A DNA stretch of 61,665 nt, filler included, from Deltaproteobacteria bacterium (GCA_030698575.1; 11 parts of 11 records of this genome joined end to end with filler, not necessarily neighbours in it), one strand, 5' to 3'; shown: positions 37,787-49,762, numbered from the whole stretch's first letter. Notes: generated from the letters alone by a model not told the origin. Translations and numbers: made by a program.

Positions 37787-38912
37787 TCACGGCCGATCCG
37801 TCCCGCGCTCCCGGGCATGCACATGCGCGCCGTACGGCGGGAGCGTCGTGAGGCGGGGGTCGTCCACGGGCCCGCCGATTGTGAAGTGATACAGCGATTG
37901 GAATGTGGCATCCGGAAAGCCGAAGACGTCGTGGACCGGGTCATCAAAAAAACAGCCGATCCCGGTGGCCCGGACGCCGGCCGCTTCCGCCTCGAGATAG
38001 AGAACCTGCCCGACGGCGCCAGCCTCCCAGAACATGCGCCGGTAAAACCACGGGCCTACCTTTCGCAGGGTCGGCTCGAACTCGGCGATCATGCCGAGGG
38101 AAAACGCGCCGTCTCCGGCAATCCCCTGGTGGCAACTGACCGTCGTGGCGACGTCCCTCACATCCCCCTCCGCGAGCAGGTAGAGGGGGAGATCGGGAGG
38201 GCAGCGCGGCGGCGGCGTCCAGGAAAACTCCGTCCGCATGACGCTTCGGAGCGTCTTCATCGTGCCGGGGTTCCGGGGCAGCATGTACAACCCGGGTGGG
38301 ATGTCGACGACCCTGTGCACGAACAGGGCCAGATGGATCGTCGGATCCCAGGGTATCCCGTCCCATGGCATGGGACGTTGGTTCACGGTCCGTTCGACGC
38401 GAGGCATCACCCGGAAGAGCATTCGGTAGAAACTCTCCGCTGCAATCATCGTTTCACCGTCGCAGCTCAGGAGGCTTCGGCGTTGCCGGATGATCTGTCC
38501 GGCTGACGGCCCATTGCCAGCCCCCCCGACCCGGCCCCGTGTCCTCGCCGGATTCACGAGCTCGAGGGTCGTTCGTTCGCTGCTCAACTTGCGCGACGCC
38601 GTTGCCACATGATCGATGATCTCCCAGGGAAACGGATCGTCCGCGCTCAGCCGGTTTGCCTTGCCGCACCAGCGTTGTTGTGTCAGCGCGTGAACTGCGT
38701 CGGGATCGATGTGGAGCGGAAGAGATCGCCCGGCGACCTCCAGCCCGCCGATTCCAGCATCGGTCGGCCAGACGACCATGATCAGCTCCGGCTCTTCGCG
38801 CTCGGCGCCCTCGAAATCCCCGGGTCGATCGAGTCCCAACAGTTGTTCGATGGTCCGATCCGCCAGGCCGTCCAGAATGACCGCGTTCCACCCCAGCGTC
38901 GCGGCGGCGATC
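37787..38912 (-). CDS. SagB/ThcOx-type nitroreductase-family protein (5' truncated)
   Basis: IRQRRS, SCHQ.IA.DG, YRRMFWEAG..GQVLYLEAEA.G...TGIGCFFDD. Confidence 0.85.
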
Positions 38913-39012
38913 NNNNNNNNNNNNNNNNNNNNNNNNNNNNNNNNNNNNNNNNNNNNTTAATTAATTAANNNNNNNNNNNNNNNNNNNNNNNNNNNNNNNN
39001 NNNNNNNNNNNN

Positions 39013-40295
39013 AGGTGCTCCCGCATGAGCCGCTCCTCGATGTGGAGCCGCTCGGCGGCGAGCTTCATATAGAGATCGAGTTCGACCGGGTTCTTGATCT
39101 TCTGCAGCACCGCGCCGATCACCGCCGCGCGCCGCCCCCGCTCGGCGAAGGACCTGAGCCCCTCGGCCTGGCGCACGACCCACTCCTCGAGAAGCGGGCG
39201 CGCGAGCCGGATGTCCTGCTGGAGCGAGTCGGGCCCGTGCTGGCGAACGTAGTCGTCGGGGTCGAGCCCCTCCGGCAGTCCGACCCCGTAACCCTGGACG
39301 CCCTCCTCGAGAAAAAGGTGCATGGCGCGCTCGGTTGCGCGCCGGCCCGCATCGTCGGAGTCGAAGACCGTGACGATGTCTTCGGCGAACCGCCGGAGCA
39401 CGCGAACCTGGCCGTCGGTGAGCGCCGTTCCGCAGGGCGCCACCACGTTATCGATGCCGGATTGCGCCAGCAGGATAGCGTCGAAGTAGCCTTCGACCAC
39501 CACCACGCGCCCGGCGCGCCGCACCGCTTCGCGCGCTTCGAGGATCCCGAAGAGCGCCCGCCCCTTGTCATAGAGCGGCGTCTCGGGCGAGTTCAGGTAC
39601 TTGGCGTCCTCGCCGCCGGTCTTCCCGCCGCTGAGCGCCCGCCCCCCGAAGCCGAGGACGTTGCCGTTCAGATCGTGGATTGGAAAGACGACCCGGTGCC
39701 GGAAACGATCGTAGTGGCCCGATCCCTTTCGGGGGATCAAAAGCCCGGCCTTCACGCCAAGCCCGGCTGTAAATCCCTTCCGCTCGAGGTGCTCGGCCAG
39801 GCCCGTCCAGCCGTCCGGCGCGTAGCCCACATGGTAGCGCTTTACGGTCTCATCGCCGACACCCCGCTCGGCCACGTAGGCCCGGGCCTCGGCGCTCGCC
39901 GCCAGCTGGGCTTCAAAGTAGTCGCGCGCAGCCGAGGTCACCTCGCGCAGCCGCTCGCGTTCGCTCCGGGCCTGCGCCTCGGCGGGTGAGGCCTCGCGGC
40001 GCGGAAGCTCGATGCCACGCTCCCGGGCCAGCCTCTCGACGACCTCGGGGAAAGTGAGTCCCTCGAGGCGCATCAGATAGGTGAAGACATTGCCGCCCGT
40101 GCCGCAGCCGAAGCAGTGGAAGGTCTGCCGCTCGGGGCTCACGTTGAAGCTCGGCGTCTTCTCCGTGTGAAAGGGGCAGAGGCCGAGGAAGTTTCCGCCG
40201 GAGCGCTTGAGCGAGACCTGCGCCGAGATCACCTGGGTGATGTCGGTCCGATCCCGGATGAGATCGATCGTCTCTTCGGGGATGCGTCCCCCCAC
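39013..40295 (-). CDS. dnaG: DNA primase (3' truncated)
   Basis: CPFH.EKTPSF..FHCFGC zinc finger, KYLNSPET, VEGYFD, FDSD.AG, DPD. Confidence 0.97.
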
Positions 40296-40315
40296 GCCCG
40301 GAACCTCCGCCGCGC

Positions 40316-40966
40316 TCAGGCGCGCGACACGTACGGGTTTCCCTTCAAATAGAACCGGAGCTTCGCATCCGACCGGCCGGACACGCCCACCCGCGGCCCG
40401 CGCGCGATCGCGCCACGCCGGGCGCAGGGAGCGGCGACGAACAAATCGCCCTCGACCAGGGGCGCTCCGTTGTGCCGCGGCCCCAGACCCAGGGCCCGCG
40501 TCAGACGTCCGGGCCCGTTCGTGAGATCGCGCTCGCGGCGCACGCGCCTCCGCCGCCGCATTCGCTCAAAACCTGCAAGCGGTTCGAGCGCCCGGATCAG
40601 CACCGCGGCGGGCTCTCCCGCCTCTCCGCAGACTGCGTTCAGCATGTAGTGGTTTCCGTAAATGAAGTAGACGTAGGCATGCCCCGGCGGGCCGAACATC
40701 GGGGCGTTGCGCTGCGTGCGCCCGCGATGAGCGTGGCTCGCCGGATCACCGTCGCCGTAGTACGCCTCGTTCTCGACGATCACGCCTGCCGTCAGGTGGC
40801 TTCCCTCGCGACGCACGAGGACGGCCCCCAGGAGATCACGCGCCACCTCGGCGCAGTCGCGCCGGTAGAAAGATGCCGCGAGTCTGTGGGCATAGAGGAA
40901 CGGGTACAGCGAGTGGCGGTCGTCAGTGCCGGATGCCGCGCGCTGCCTGTGGGTCCTCGCCGTCAT
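40316..40966 (-). CDS. mpg: DNA-3-methyladenine glycosylase (MPG/AAG family)
   Basis: IVE.EAY, DPASH, YVYFIYG, VLIRALEP, NGPGRL, PRVGV. Confidence 0.92.
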   Translation of the reverse strand: MTARTHRQRAASGTDDRHSLYPFLYAHRLAASFYRRDCAEVARDLLGAVLVRREGSHLTAGVIVENEAYYGDGDPASHAHRGRTQRNAPMFGPPGHAYVYFIYGNHYMLNAVCGEAGEPAAVLIRALEPLAGFERMRRRRRVRRERDLTNGPGRLTRALGLGPRHNGAPLVEGDLFVAAPCARRGAIARGPRVGVSGRSDAKLRFYLKGNPYVSRA

Positions 40967-41118
40967 GTCTGTCCAAGCGCGGCACGCCGGCCCGGTAACC
41001 CGGGCCGGGGCCGTCGAGATTTTGCGACTGGATCACGAGATGGGACGGACCTGGATTGCGGCCCGGGCCGGTGACTGGAACAGAAACACCGCGCTGGAAC
41101 GAGGACCCGTCGTCCGAC

Positions 41119-41316
41119 TCAGGCCTGCGCCCGGCGCATCTTCTTGAGCGCGCGCTTATGCGCGGCAATTGCCTTGCGCTTGCGGCGCACGCTCGGCTTC
41201 TCGTAGTGCTGACGCTTGCGGATCTCCGAAAGAATACCCGCCTTTTCGCACGCCTTCTTGAACCGCTTCATGGCGTACTCGAAAGGCTCGTTGTCCTTGA
41301 CCTTGATTCCCGGCAA
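41119..41316 (-). CDS. rpsU: 30S ribosomal protein S21
   Basis: [27 protein letters not shown]. Confidence 0.97.
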   Translation of the reverse strand: MPGIKVKDNEPFEYAMKRFKKACEKAGILSEIRKRQHYEKPSVRRKRKAIAAHKRALKKMRRAQA

Positions 41317-41391
41317 TGAAATCGCCTCCCCTCAGTCGGGATTTGGACGTAGTAAACGAAAACGGTCCGACCCAGCCGGACCGAAGCGGTA

Positions 41392-41419
41392 AGTATATAG
41401 CCCGAACCGGTGCTGTCAA
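41392..41419 (-). promoter_or_regulatory. Sigma70 promoter of rpsU-mpg-dnaG (TTGACA-N16-TATACT)
   Basis: Near-consensus hexamers; leader hairpin CGGTCCG/CGGACCG at 41363-41383. Confidence 0.75.
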
Positions 41420-41456
41420 CTGCCCCGGGCCCAAAAAAGTCTTGAAATACGCCTCT

Positions 41457-42224
41457 TTAGAGCCGTATCGGCACATCGCGGGCGGCCAGGTAGGCCTTGG
41501 CCTCGCGGATCGTGTGCTGGCCGAAGTGGAAGATGCTCGCCGCCAGCGCCGCTGTGGCGCCGCCCGCCGTGAGCCCCTCGTAGAGGTGCTCGAGGGTGCC
41601 GACGCCGCCGGAGGCAATGACGGGGATACCGACCGCGTCGCTCACCCGCCGGGTGAGGTCGATGTCGTAGCCCTTCAGCGTGCCGTCGGCATCCATGCTC
41701 GTGAGAAGGATCTACCCGGCGGACGCCATTTCCATCCGCCGCGCCCTGGCAAGCACTTCGCTCCCGGTGGGACTGCGCCCGCCGTGCGTGAAGACCTCCC
41801 AGCGCAATTCACCCCCGTCAGGTGCGCGCTTGGCGTCAATGGCCACCACGATGCACTGGCTTCCGAAGCGGCCCGCGGCGCGCCCGACGAAGTCGGGATC
41901 CTCGACGGCGCTGGTATTGATAGAAACCTTGTCGGCCCCCGCGCGCAGCAGCGCGCGAATGTCCTCCAGTTCGCGGATTCCGCCGCCGACCGTGACGGGC
42001 ATGAAGACCCCCTCGGCCGTGCGCGCGACCACGTCAATCATGGTGCCGCGAGTCTCGTGGGAAGCCGTGATGTCGAGGAAGGTCAGTTCGTCGGCGCCCG
42101 CCGCGTCATAAGCCAGCGCGGCGGCGACCGGATCGCCGGCGTCGCGAAGATTCACGAAGTTGACCCCCTTCACGACACGGCCATCCTTCACGTCGAGGCA
42201 GGGGATGATTCTTCGAGCCAGCAC
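41457..42224 (-). pseudogene. hisF: Imidazole glycerol phosphate synthase subunit HisF with in-frame TAG (pseudogene or sequence error)
   Basis: [30 protein letters not shown] with TAG at 41712-41714, and the frame continues to ASIFHF. Confidence 0.85.
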
Positions 42225-42263
42225 TTGAAGATCTCCTTTGTACCCGGGACCGTGCCTCATTCC

Positions 42264-42362
42264 GCATGTCATTGCGAGGAGCGAAGCGACGAAGCAATCC
42301 CCCGGCAGCTGCGAGGGGGATTGCTTCGTCGGGCCTGCGGCCATCCTCGCAATGACATGCGC
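42264..42362. repeat. Inverted pair of REP-like units forming an approximately 100-bp hairpin between hisA and hisF
   Basis: GCATGTCATTGCGAGG...GAAGCAATCCCCC / GGGGGATTGCTTCG...CCTCGCAATGACATGC. Confidence 0.88.
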
Positions 42363-42371
42363 AGCGGGACG

Positions 42372-43100
42372 CTAGCCGCCGCCGAGGAGCGTGAGCGCGT
42401 CGGCCATCACGACGTCGCCGGTGTAGAGCGCGCGTCCGACGATCACCCCCGCGACGCCCGCCGCCTCTATTTCGAGAAGGCGGCGCAGATCCTCGAGCTT
42501 CCCCACGCCGCCCGAGGCAATCACCGGGGTTACCAGCGCGCGCGCGAGCGTCTCCGTCGCCTTCAGGCTGGGGCCGCGCAGCGTGCCGTCCACCTCTATG
42601 TCGGTGTAGATGATCGCCGCTAGCCCGAGCCCGTCGAAACGCCCGGCGATCTCCGCGGCGCTATCCTCCGTCGTCTCTTTCCAGCCGCGGATCGCAACGC
42701 GGCCGCCGCGCGCATCGAGGCCGAGAGCCACGCGCCCCGGATGCTTCGCCGCCGCGCGCTCGAGCAGCTCCGGATCGGAAAGCGCTGCGGTGCCGATGAC
42801 GACCCGCGAAGCCCCGAGATCAATGAGGCGCGAAGCGGCGTCGAGCGTGCGCACCCCGCCGCCGATCTGAACGGGGATCCGCACGGCTTTCAGTATCTTC
42901 TCGATGGCAGGCAGGTTGCGCGGTTCGCCGGCCACGGCGGCGTCCAGATCGACCACGTGGAGCCACCGGGCCCCCTCGCTTTCCCACCGCTTCGCCGCGT
43001 TCTCGGGATGGTCGTCGTAGCGCGTCTCGCGGGCCATGTCGCCCTGCGTGAGGCGCACCGCGGCGCCCTCCTTGATGTCCACCGCGGGATAAAGGATCAC
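42372..43100 (-). CDS. hisA: ProFAR isomerase
   Basis: PAVDIKEG.AVRL.QG, HVVDLD, QIGGGVR, YTDI..DGTL.GP. Confidence 0.95.
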   Translation of the reverse strand: MILYPAVDIKEGAAVRLTQGDMARETRYDDHPENAAKRWESEGARWLHVVDLDAAVAGEPRNLPAIEKILKAVRIPVQIGGGVRTLDAASRLIDLGASRVVIGTAALSDPELLERAAAKHPGRVALGLDARGGRVAIRGWKETTEDSAAEIAGRFDGLGLAAIIYTDIEVDGTLRGPSLKATETLARALVTPVIASGGVGKLEDLRRLLEIEAAGVAGVIVGRALYTGDVVMADALTLLGGG

Positions 43101-43861
43101 GGCGCGGCCTCCTCGGGGGCATTCTTTCCGGTCTCCCCGGGCCGGGGAAACTCCTCCAGGATCTGCTCGACGGCCCAGGTGGCGAGCTGGCTGGCCGTCA
43201 GGAACTTCGCGCCACGCTGCACGAGCGTGCCGAAGCTCGCCACGTTCTCACTCAGTGTCGCCTGCGCTTCCTGGTAGCTGCCCTCCCACAGCAGCGCGCC
43301 CGTCCGCGCGTCCATGAGATGCGTGTCGATCGCGACCGAGGCCGACCGCTCGGCGCCGTAGGCCGATCCCCTGAGCTCGTCGAAGCGAAGGACGTTTCCC
43401 GCGACAACCGCGTCGACCTTGAGCCCCTGGCCGATCGCCATGAAGAAGGTCGCCGGATCGAGTGTCGCTGCATCGAGACCCTGCCGGTCGACGAACGCCT
43501 GTGTCTCGCCCGGCAGAACCAGCTCGTAGCCGCCGCCCCGCAAGGTGAGTTGCTGCACGAAGGCCGCGGTCACCTCGTCGGGCGCGGTCTTGGGAATCAG
43601 CCCGCCCGCATAGCGCCTCCCCTCGATAAGACAGGTGACAACCGGTTCGAAGGTCCCCTTCGTCCGCTCGACGTAGAGATCGGTCGCAAAGGGCAGGACG
43701 GCTATTCGCCGCACCGGCCGCTCCTTCAGAAGATCGCTCCGGTGCACCTCGACGAACCGCGCGCAGGCGGCAAGCATGGGAAGAAGCGCCATTGCGGCGC
43801 AGGCAAGCCGGAAAGGTCCGGCCCGGCGCCGTCCGCGCGTGCTGGAGGTTCGTGGCTTCAT
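43097..43861 (-). CDS. Hypothetical lipoprotein inside the his operon
   Basis: LAAC lipobox, RIAVLPF, D..TG.LLW (TolB-N/CsgG-like fold features). Confidence 0.7.
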   Translation of the reverse strand: MKPRTSSTRGRRRAGPFRLACAAMALLPMLAACARFVEVHRSDLLKERPVRRIAVLPFATDLYVERTKGTFEPVVTCLIEGRRYAGGLIPKTAPDEVTAAFVQQLTLRGGGYELVLPGETQAFVDRQGLDAATLDPATFFMAIGQGLKVDAVVAGNVLRFDELRGSAYGAERSASVAIDTHLMDARTGALLWEGSYQEAQATLSENVASFGTLVQRGAKFLTASQLATWAVEQILEEFPRPGETGKNAPEEAAP

Positions 43862-43882
43862 GTTTGGAGAAATCTCCGTCGG

Positions 43883-44509
43883 TCAGCCCTGGCAGAGATT
43901 GCCGAAACGCGCGAGCACCTCGAGACCGAGCTGCTGGCTCTTCTCGGGATGGAACTGGACTCCCCAGATGTTGTCGCGCGCGATGGCCGCGGTGAAGGGG
44001 GAGCCGTATTCAGCCGTGCCGGCCAACCAGTCAGGATCGTCCGGGGCCACGTAGTAGGAGTGGACGAAGTAGAGATAGCTTGGATCGGGCAGGTCCTCGA
44101 AGATGCGCGCCCGCTTTCGCCACCGGACCTCGTTCCAGCCGATGTGTGGCACCTTGAGTGAGCCGCCGTCCGGATCGGTGGACGGGAAGCGGAGCACGCG
44201 CCCCGGAACCAGGCCGAGACCCTCCTGCCGTCCGAACTCCTCGCTTTCGGTGAACAGCAGCTGAAGCCCGAGGCAGATCCCGAGAAACGGCTTCCCGCTC
44301 CTGACAACCTCCACGACTGCCTCGCGCAGGCCCCCGCGCTCGAGATTCGCCATGCAGTCGCCGAAGGCGCCAACCCCCGGCAGAACGACGCCCGCGGCGC
44401 CGCGCAGCCGGTCGGGATCGGGCGTGACTTCCGCCGCGTGACCCAGGTTCTCAAAAGCCTTCTGCACGCTTCGGACGTTTCCCATCCCGTAGTCGACGAT
44501 GGCGATCAT
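43883..44509 (-). CDS. hisH: IGP synthase glutamine amidotransferase subunit
   Basis: DYGMGN, LPGVGAF, GICLG.Q, QFHPEKS. Confidence 0.96.
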   Translation of the reverse strand: MIAIVDYGMGNVRSVQKAFENLGHAAEVTPDPDRLRGAAGVVLPGVGAFGDCMANLERGGLREAVVEVVRSGKPFLGICLGLQLLFTESEEFGRQEGLGLVPGRVLRFPSTDPDGGSLKVPHIGWNEVRWRKRARIFEDLPDPSYLYFVHSYYVAPDDPDWLAGTAEYGSPFTAAIARDNIWGVQFHPEKSQQLGLEVLARFGNLCQG

Positions 44510-44511
44510 TG

Positions 44512-45132
44512 CTAGAGAACACCCTTTGTCGAGAGCGCGCCGCTCACGCGCGGCTCGGCGCTGCTCGCCTGATCGAGGGCCCGGCCAAGCGCCTTGAATA
44601 TGCTCTCGACCAGGTGGTGCGAGTTTTTTCCGTACCGCACGTTCACGTGCAGATCGATCTGCGCATTCGAACCGAAGGCGCGGAGAAACTCCTCCACCAG
44701 CTCCAGATCGAAGCCGCCGATCTTGTTCACCGGCAGTACGGCATTGAAGACGAAGTGCGGCCGGTTCGAGAGATCAACCGTCACCTCCGTCAGCGTTTCC
44801 GTCATGGGGACCACGCCGTGGCCGTAGCGCCGTACGCCCTTGTAGCCGTCGAGCGCCTTCCGGAAGGCCTGTCCGAGCACGATGCCCACGTCTTCGACCG
44901 TGTGGTGGAGATCCACCTCGAGATCGCCGCGAGCCTTGAGCTGCACGTCGAAGAAACCGTGCTTGAACGCGGCGCCGAGCAAGTGGTCGAAGAAGGGGAT
45001 CCCGGTGTCGACGTGGTAGTCGCCCGTCCCGTCCACAACGAGTTTCATCGAGATGTCGGTCTCGCGCGTTTTACGACTGAGCTGGGCGCTGCGCGCCCCC
45101 TCGCCGCGTTTTCTGGGCGTCGTCTTCTTCAT
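44512..45132 (-). CDS. hisB: Imidazoleglycerol-phosphate dehydratase
   Basis: RETDI, FFDH.L, DLHHTVED, NSHH..E..FKA, STKGVL. Confidence 0.96.
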   Translation of the reverse strand: MKKTTPRKRGEGARSAQLSRKTRETDISMKLVVDGTGDYHVDTGIPFFDHLLGAAFKHGFFDVQLKARGDLEVDLHHTVEDVGIVLGQAFRKALDGYKGVRRYGHGVVPMTETLTEVTVDLSNRPHFVFNAVLPVNKIGGFDLELVEEFLRAFGSNAQIDLHVNVRYGKNSHHLVESIFKALGRALDQASSAEPRVSGALSTKGVL

Positions 45133-46495
45133 CGTCCCCTCCGCTCCTTCCGTCGCGATCCGTCTGCCCGGCGGCTCCGGCCCCCCCGGTCCGCCTCCAT
45201 CCTCACCCGCACCGCCTCAGCGTGCCCCGCCAACCCCTCCAGCCCGGCAAGCGTTCGCGCGTGCGGGCCCAGCCGCTGGATGCCGGCGCGGCTCACCTCG
45301 ATCACGCTGGAGCGCTTCACAAAGTCCTGCGCGCCCAGCGGGGAGAAGAAACGCGCCGTGCCCGCCGTGGGAAGCACGTGATTGGGTCCCGCCACGAAGT
45401 CCCCCAGCACCACGGTTGAATTGTGCCCGAGAAAGATAGCGCCGGCGTGGCGAATCTGCCGGAGCCAGAGCGACGGCCGGGCAACGGCAAGCTCCAGGTG
45501 CTCCGGCGCATACCGGTTGGCAAGACCGACCGCCTCCGCGGCGCTCCTCGCCCGGATGAGCGCGCCTCCGCGCGCGAGCGCCTTTTCGATGATGCGCCGG
45601 CGGGGCGCCCGCGCCATCTGCCTGGCAAGCGCCGCGCGGGTCTTCTCCAAAATTGCCCGCGAGGTCGAAATGAGAATCGCTCGCGCATCCTCGTCGTGCT
45701 CGGCCTGCGAGAGAAGATCCGCCGCAAGCCACTCGGGGTTGGCGGTCTGATCCGCCAGGATCAGGATCTCCGTCGGCCCCGCGATGGCGTCAATCCCGAC
45801 CTCGCCGAAAGCCAGCCGTTTGGCCGTGGCGACGTAGATGTTGCCGGGCCCGACGATTTTGTCGACCCGTGGCACCGTGCGCGTGCCGTAGGCGAGCGCG
45901 GCGATCGCCTGGGCTCCGCCGATGCGGAACACGCGATCCACGCCGGCGATTTCCGCCGCCGCGAGCACCGCGGGGCTCAGCTTCCCCCCGGATGCCGGCG
46001 TGGCCAGCACGATCTCGCCAACACCCGCCGCCCTGGCCGGAACGGCGGCCATCAGAACCGATGAGGGGTAGGTAGCCTTGCCGCCCGGCGCGTAGACACC
46101 CACGCGATCGAGCGGCGTCACCTGCTCGCCCAGCTTCACCCCGGGGCCGCCGTCCATGCGCCAGGAGCGCGGGCGCGCCTTCGCGTGAAAGCGCGCGATG
46201 CGGGCCGCAGCCACTTCGAGCGTGCGAAGCGCGGCGGCAGGCAGCCCGCGGCCCGCGGCCCGGATGGTGCGCCGATCCACCTCGAGGGTGGCCGGCGTCA
46301 GGCGAAGGCCGTCGAACTTCCGCGTGAGCTGGATGAGCGCGCGATCGCCCTTGCGCCGCACCGCCTCCATGATCGCGCGGACCTCGGTCTCGACCTGCCG
46401 CCCGTCCACGAGGCCACGCTCGCAGATGCGGTCGAAAGTCCGGCCGAAATCTTTCGAGGTGGTCGAGAGCAGTGGCATCGAGGGTGCGGCGGCTT

Positions 46496-46499
<4 letters not shown>
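45129..46499 (-). CDS. hisD: Histidinol dehydrogenase
   Basis: [44 protein letters not shown]. Confidence 0.96.
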
Positions 46500-47749
<1,250 letters not shown>

Positions 47750-47788
47750 GGTGTCCCCCCTCGCCGCCGCGTCGCGCGGGCCTCCTGA

Positions 47789-48583
47789 TTACCGTCGCCT
47801 TGCCGAGACCACTCTTGGAATTCCAGCCAGATCCGCGATCACCCGGATCCCCTCGAAATCGCCGCCGGCCTCGTAGAGCGCCGACACGGCCGCCGCCTGC
47901 CCGACGCCCACCTCGACGGCGATCGAGCCGCCGGGAAGAAGGTGCGCGGGGGCGTCTGCCCGAAGCCGCCGGTGGACCGCAAGGCCGTCGGGTCCGCCAC
48001 GCAACGCACCCGCGGGCTCCCAGTCACGAATGTCCGGCGGCAGCTTTTCCCAGTCGCCGTCTTCGACGTAGGGCGGGTTCGAGAGAATGAGATGAGCCGG
48101 CGCCGCTCGCCCGCTCTTCCCGGCCCCTCTGGCTCCGTCCCGCTCGCCGAGGAGATCGCCCCGGCAGAGCGTCACCCGCCCCACAAGGTCTAGCCGTTCC
48201 ACGTTGCGGGCCGCCACACGCAGCGCTCGCGCGCTGCGATCGATGGCGAGGACCTGCGCGCGCCGGTTCGCGTGAGCCAGCGCCACAGCCACGCAGCCTG
48301 ATCCCGTTCCGACGTCGATGACGCGCGCCCCTTGATCCGTACCGCCGCGCGGCGCCCGGTCATGGAACCCCGCTTTCTCAAGAAGTTCAAGCCCTTCCTG
48401 CACCAGCGTCTCGGTATCCGGGCGCGGTATCAGGACCGATCGGGTCACTCGAAAGGGCAGGGACCAGAATTCCCGCTCCCCGGTGATGTAGGCCACCGGC
48501 TCCCGCCGCCCCCGGCGCGCGATGCGCCGCCGGTAGGCCTCCGCATCGCGCTTCCCGAGCGGCAGGCGGCGGTCGAGGATCAT
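47789..48583 (-). CDS. prmC: Release factor glutamine methyltransferase (5' truncated)
   Basis: EPVAYITG.REF, LIPRPDTE, DVGTGSG, SNPPY. Confidence 0.93.
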   Translation of the reverse strand: MILDRRLPLGKRDAEAYRRRIARRGRREPVAYITGEREFWSLPFRVTRSVLIPRPDTETLVQEGLELLEKAGFHDRAPRGGTDQGARVIDVGTGSGCVAVALAHANRRAQVLAIDRSARALRVAARNVERLDLVGRVTLCRGDLLGERDGARGAGKSGRAAPAHLILSNPPYVEDGDWEKLPPDIRDWEPAGALRGGPDGLAVHRRLRADAPAHLLPGGSIAVEVGVGQAAAVSALYEAGGDFEGIRVIADLAGIPRVVSARRR

Positions 48584-49013
48584 NNNNNNNNNNNNNNNNN
48601 NNNNNNNNNNNNNNNNNNNNNNNNNNNTTAATTAATTAANNNNNNNNNNNNNNNNNNNNNNNNNNNNNNNNNNNNNNNNNNNNCTACGCCCTGTTCCTGG
48701 TCGGCCCCGCCGCCAACGCCGTCGAGATCGCGATCCAGCGAACACGGGCTCGGGCCCGGCCGGCGTCGGCGGCTAGCCCGGATTCATTGGTCATACCTTA
48801 GGGCCCGCGCAAGAATAACTGCGCAGATTTTCGGCGAGCCATTCGGCTTCGGGAAGCCGAGGAGCGACGACGAACGGCATACCCACAGCGGTATGTAGAG
48901 GAGGAGCGACAAAGCTGGCGGAGCCCTTGGCCGTTGAAAAGTGTCCTTCCGGCGAGCGTGCGTGACTGAGCCCCCGGCGGCCCGTAGGCTAGTGAGCGTA
49001 GGAGGTTACGCTC

Positions 49014-49397
49014 ATGGGAGAGTCCGAGGATCTGAGGGCGCTGCAGCGGCGCGTGGAGGGCTGGCGTAGGAATGGGGGCGGTCGGGGGTCGCGGATCCCC
49101 GAGGAGCTGTGGCGCGACGCGGTTGCGGTGGCGCGAACGGCCGGGTTGTACGCGACGGCACGGGCTCTTCGCTTCAACTACGAGCGGCTGAAGAAGCTGG
49201 CGGGCACGATGGAGCCGAGCCCAGGGAAGCGGGCGATGGAGTTCGTCACGCTGCAGATGCCACAGGTGCCGGCCGGGCCCAAGGTGGTGATCGACCTGGC
49301 GGGGCGTGACGGCGAGCAGATGCGCATCGACGTGTCGGGCGGGAGCGCGGTGGACGTTGCGGCGCTGGCGAGCGCGTTCTGGGGGAGGAGGTCGTGA
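49014..49397 (+). CDS. tnpA: IS66 accessory protein TnpA-like (HTH)
   Basis: RIPEELW..AV..A, FV.L; GTGA overlap with tnpB; GGAGG RBS. Confidence 0.75.
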   Translation: MGESEDLRALQRRVEGWRRNGGGRGSRIPEELWRDAVAVARTAGLYATARALRFNYERLKKLAGTMEPSPGKRAMEFVTLQMPQVPAGPKVVIDLAGRDGEQMRIDVSGGSAVDVAALASAFWGRRS

Positions 49398-49762
49398 TCC
49401 AGGTGACCCCCCAGATGCGAATCCTCGTGGCCGTGGAGCCGCAGGACTTCCGGCGCGGGATCGACGGTCTGAGCCGGATCTGTCGAGAGGTGCTCGCAAG
49501 CGACCCGCTCTCCGGCACGATCTTCGTGTTCCGGAGCCGGCGCGGCACGGCGATCCGGCTTCTCTGCTACGACGGCCAGGGGATGTGGCTGGCCCACAAG
49601 CGCCTGTCCGAGGGCAAATTCAGGTACTGGCCAGGACGGAAGGGGGCGGCGGGACACGAACTCCTGGCCCACCAGCTCCAGGTACTGCTGGCGGCGGGCG
49701 ACCCAGACGCGACGAGAGCGGCGCCGCTGTGGAGGCCCATCGCCCAGGCGGCCACGACGTAG
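49394..49762 (+). CDS. tnpB: IS66 accessory protein TnpB
   Basis: DFRRGIDGL, FVFRSRR, L.YDGQG.WL..KRL..GKF..WP. Confidence 0.92.
   Translation: MIQVTPQMRILVAVEPQDFRRGIDGLSRICREVLASDPLSGTIFVFRSRRGTAIRLLCYDGQGMWLAHKRLSEGKFRYWPGRKGAAGHELLAHQLQVLLAAGDPDATRAAPLWRPIAQAATT

Noticed and set aside
41712-41714. Amber recoding or pyrrolysine, suggested by in-frame TAGs in hisF and at 29192
   Set aside because: TAG is the normal stop of lpxD, polA, ptsP, hisA and others, and no pyl genes are visible.
49394-49762. TnpB as an RNA-guided IS200/IS605 nuclease
   Set aside because: This is the unrelated 122-aa IS66 TnpB; it has no RuvC motifs.
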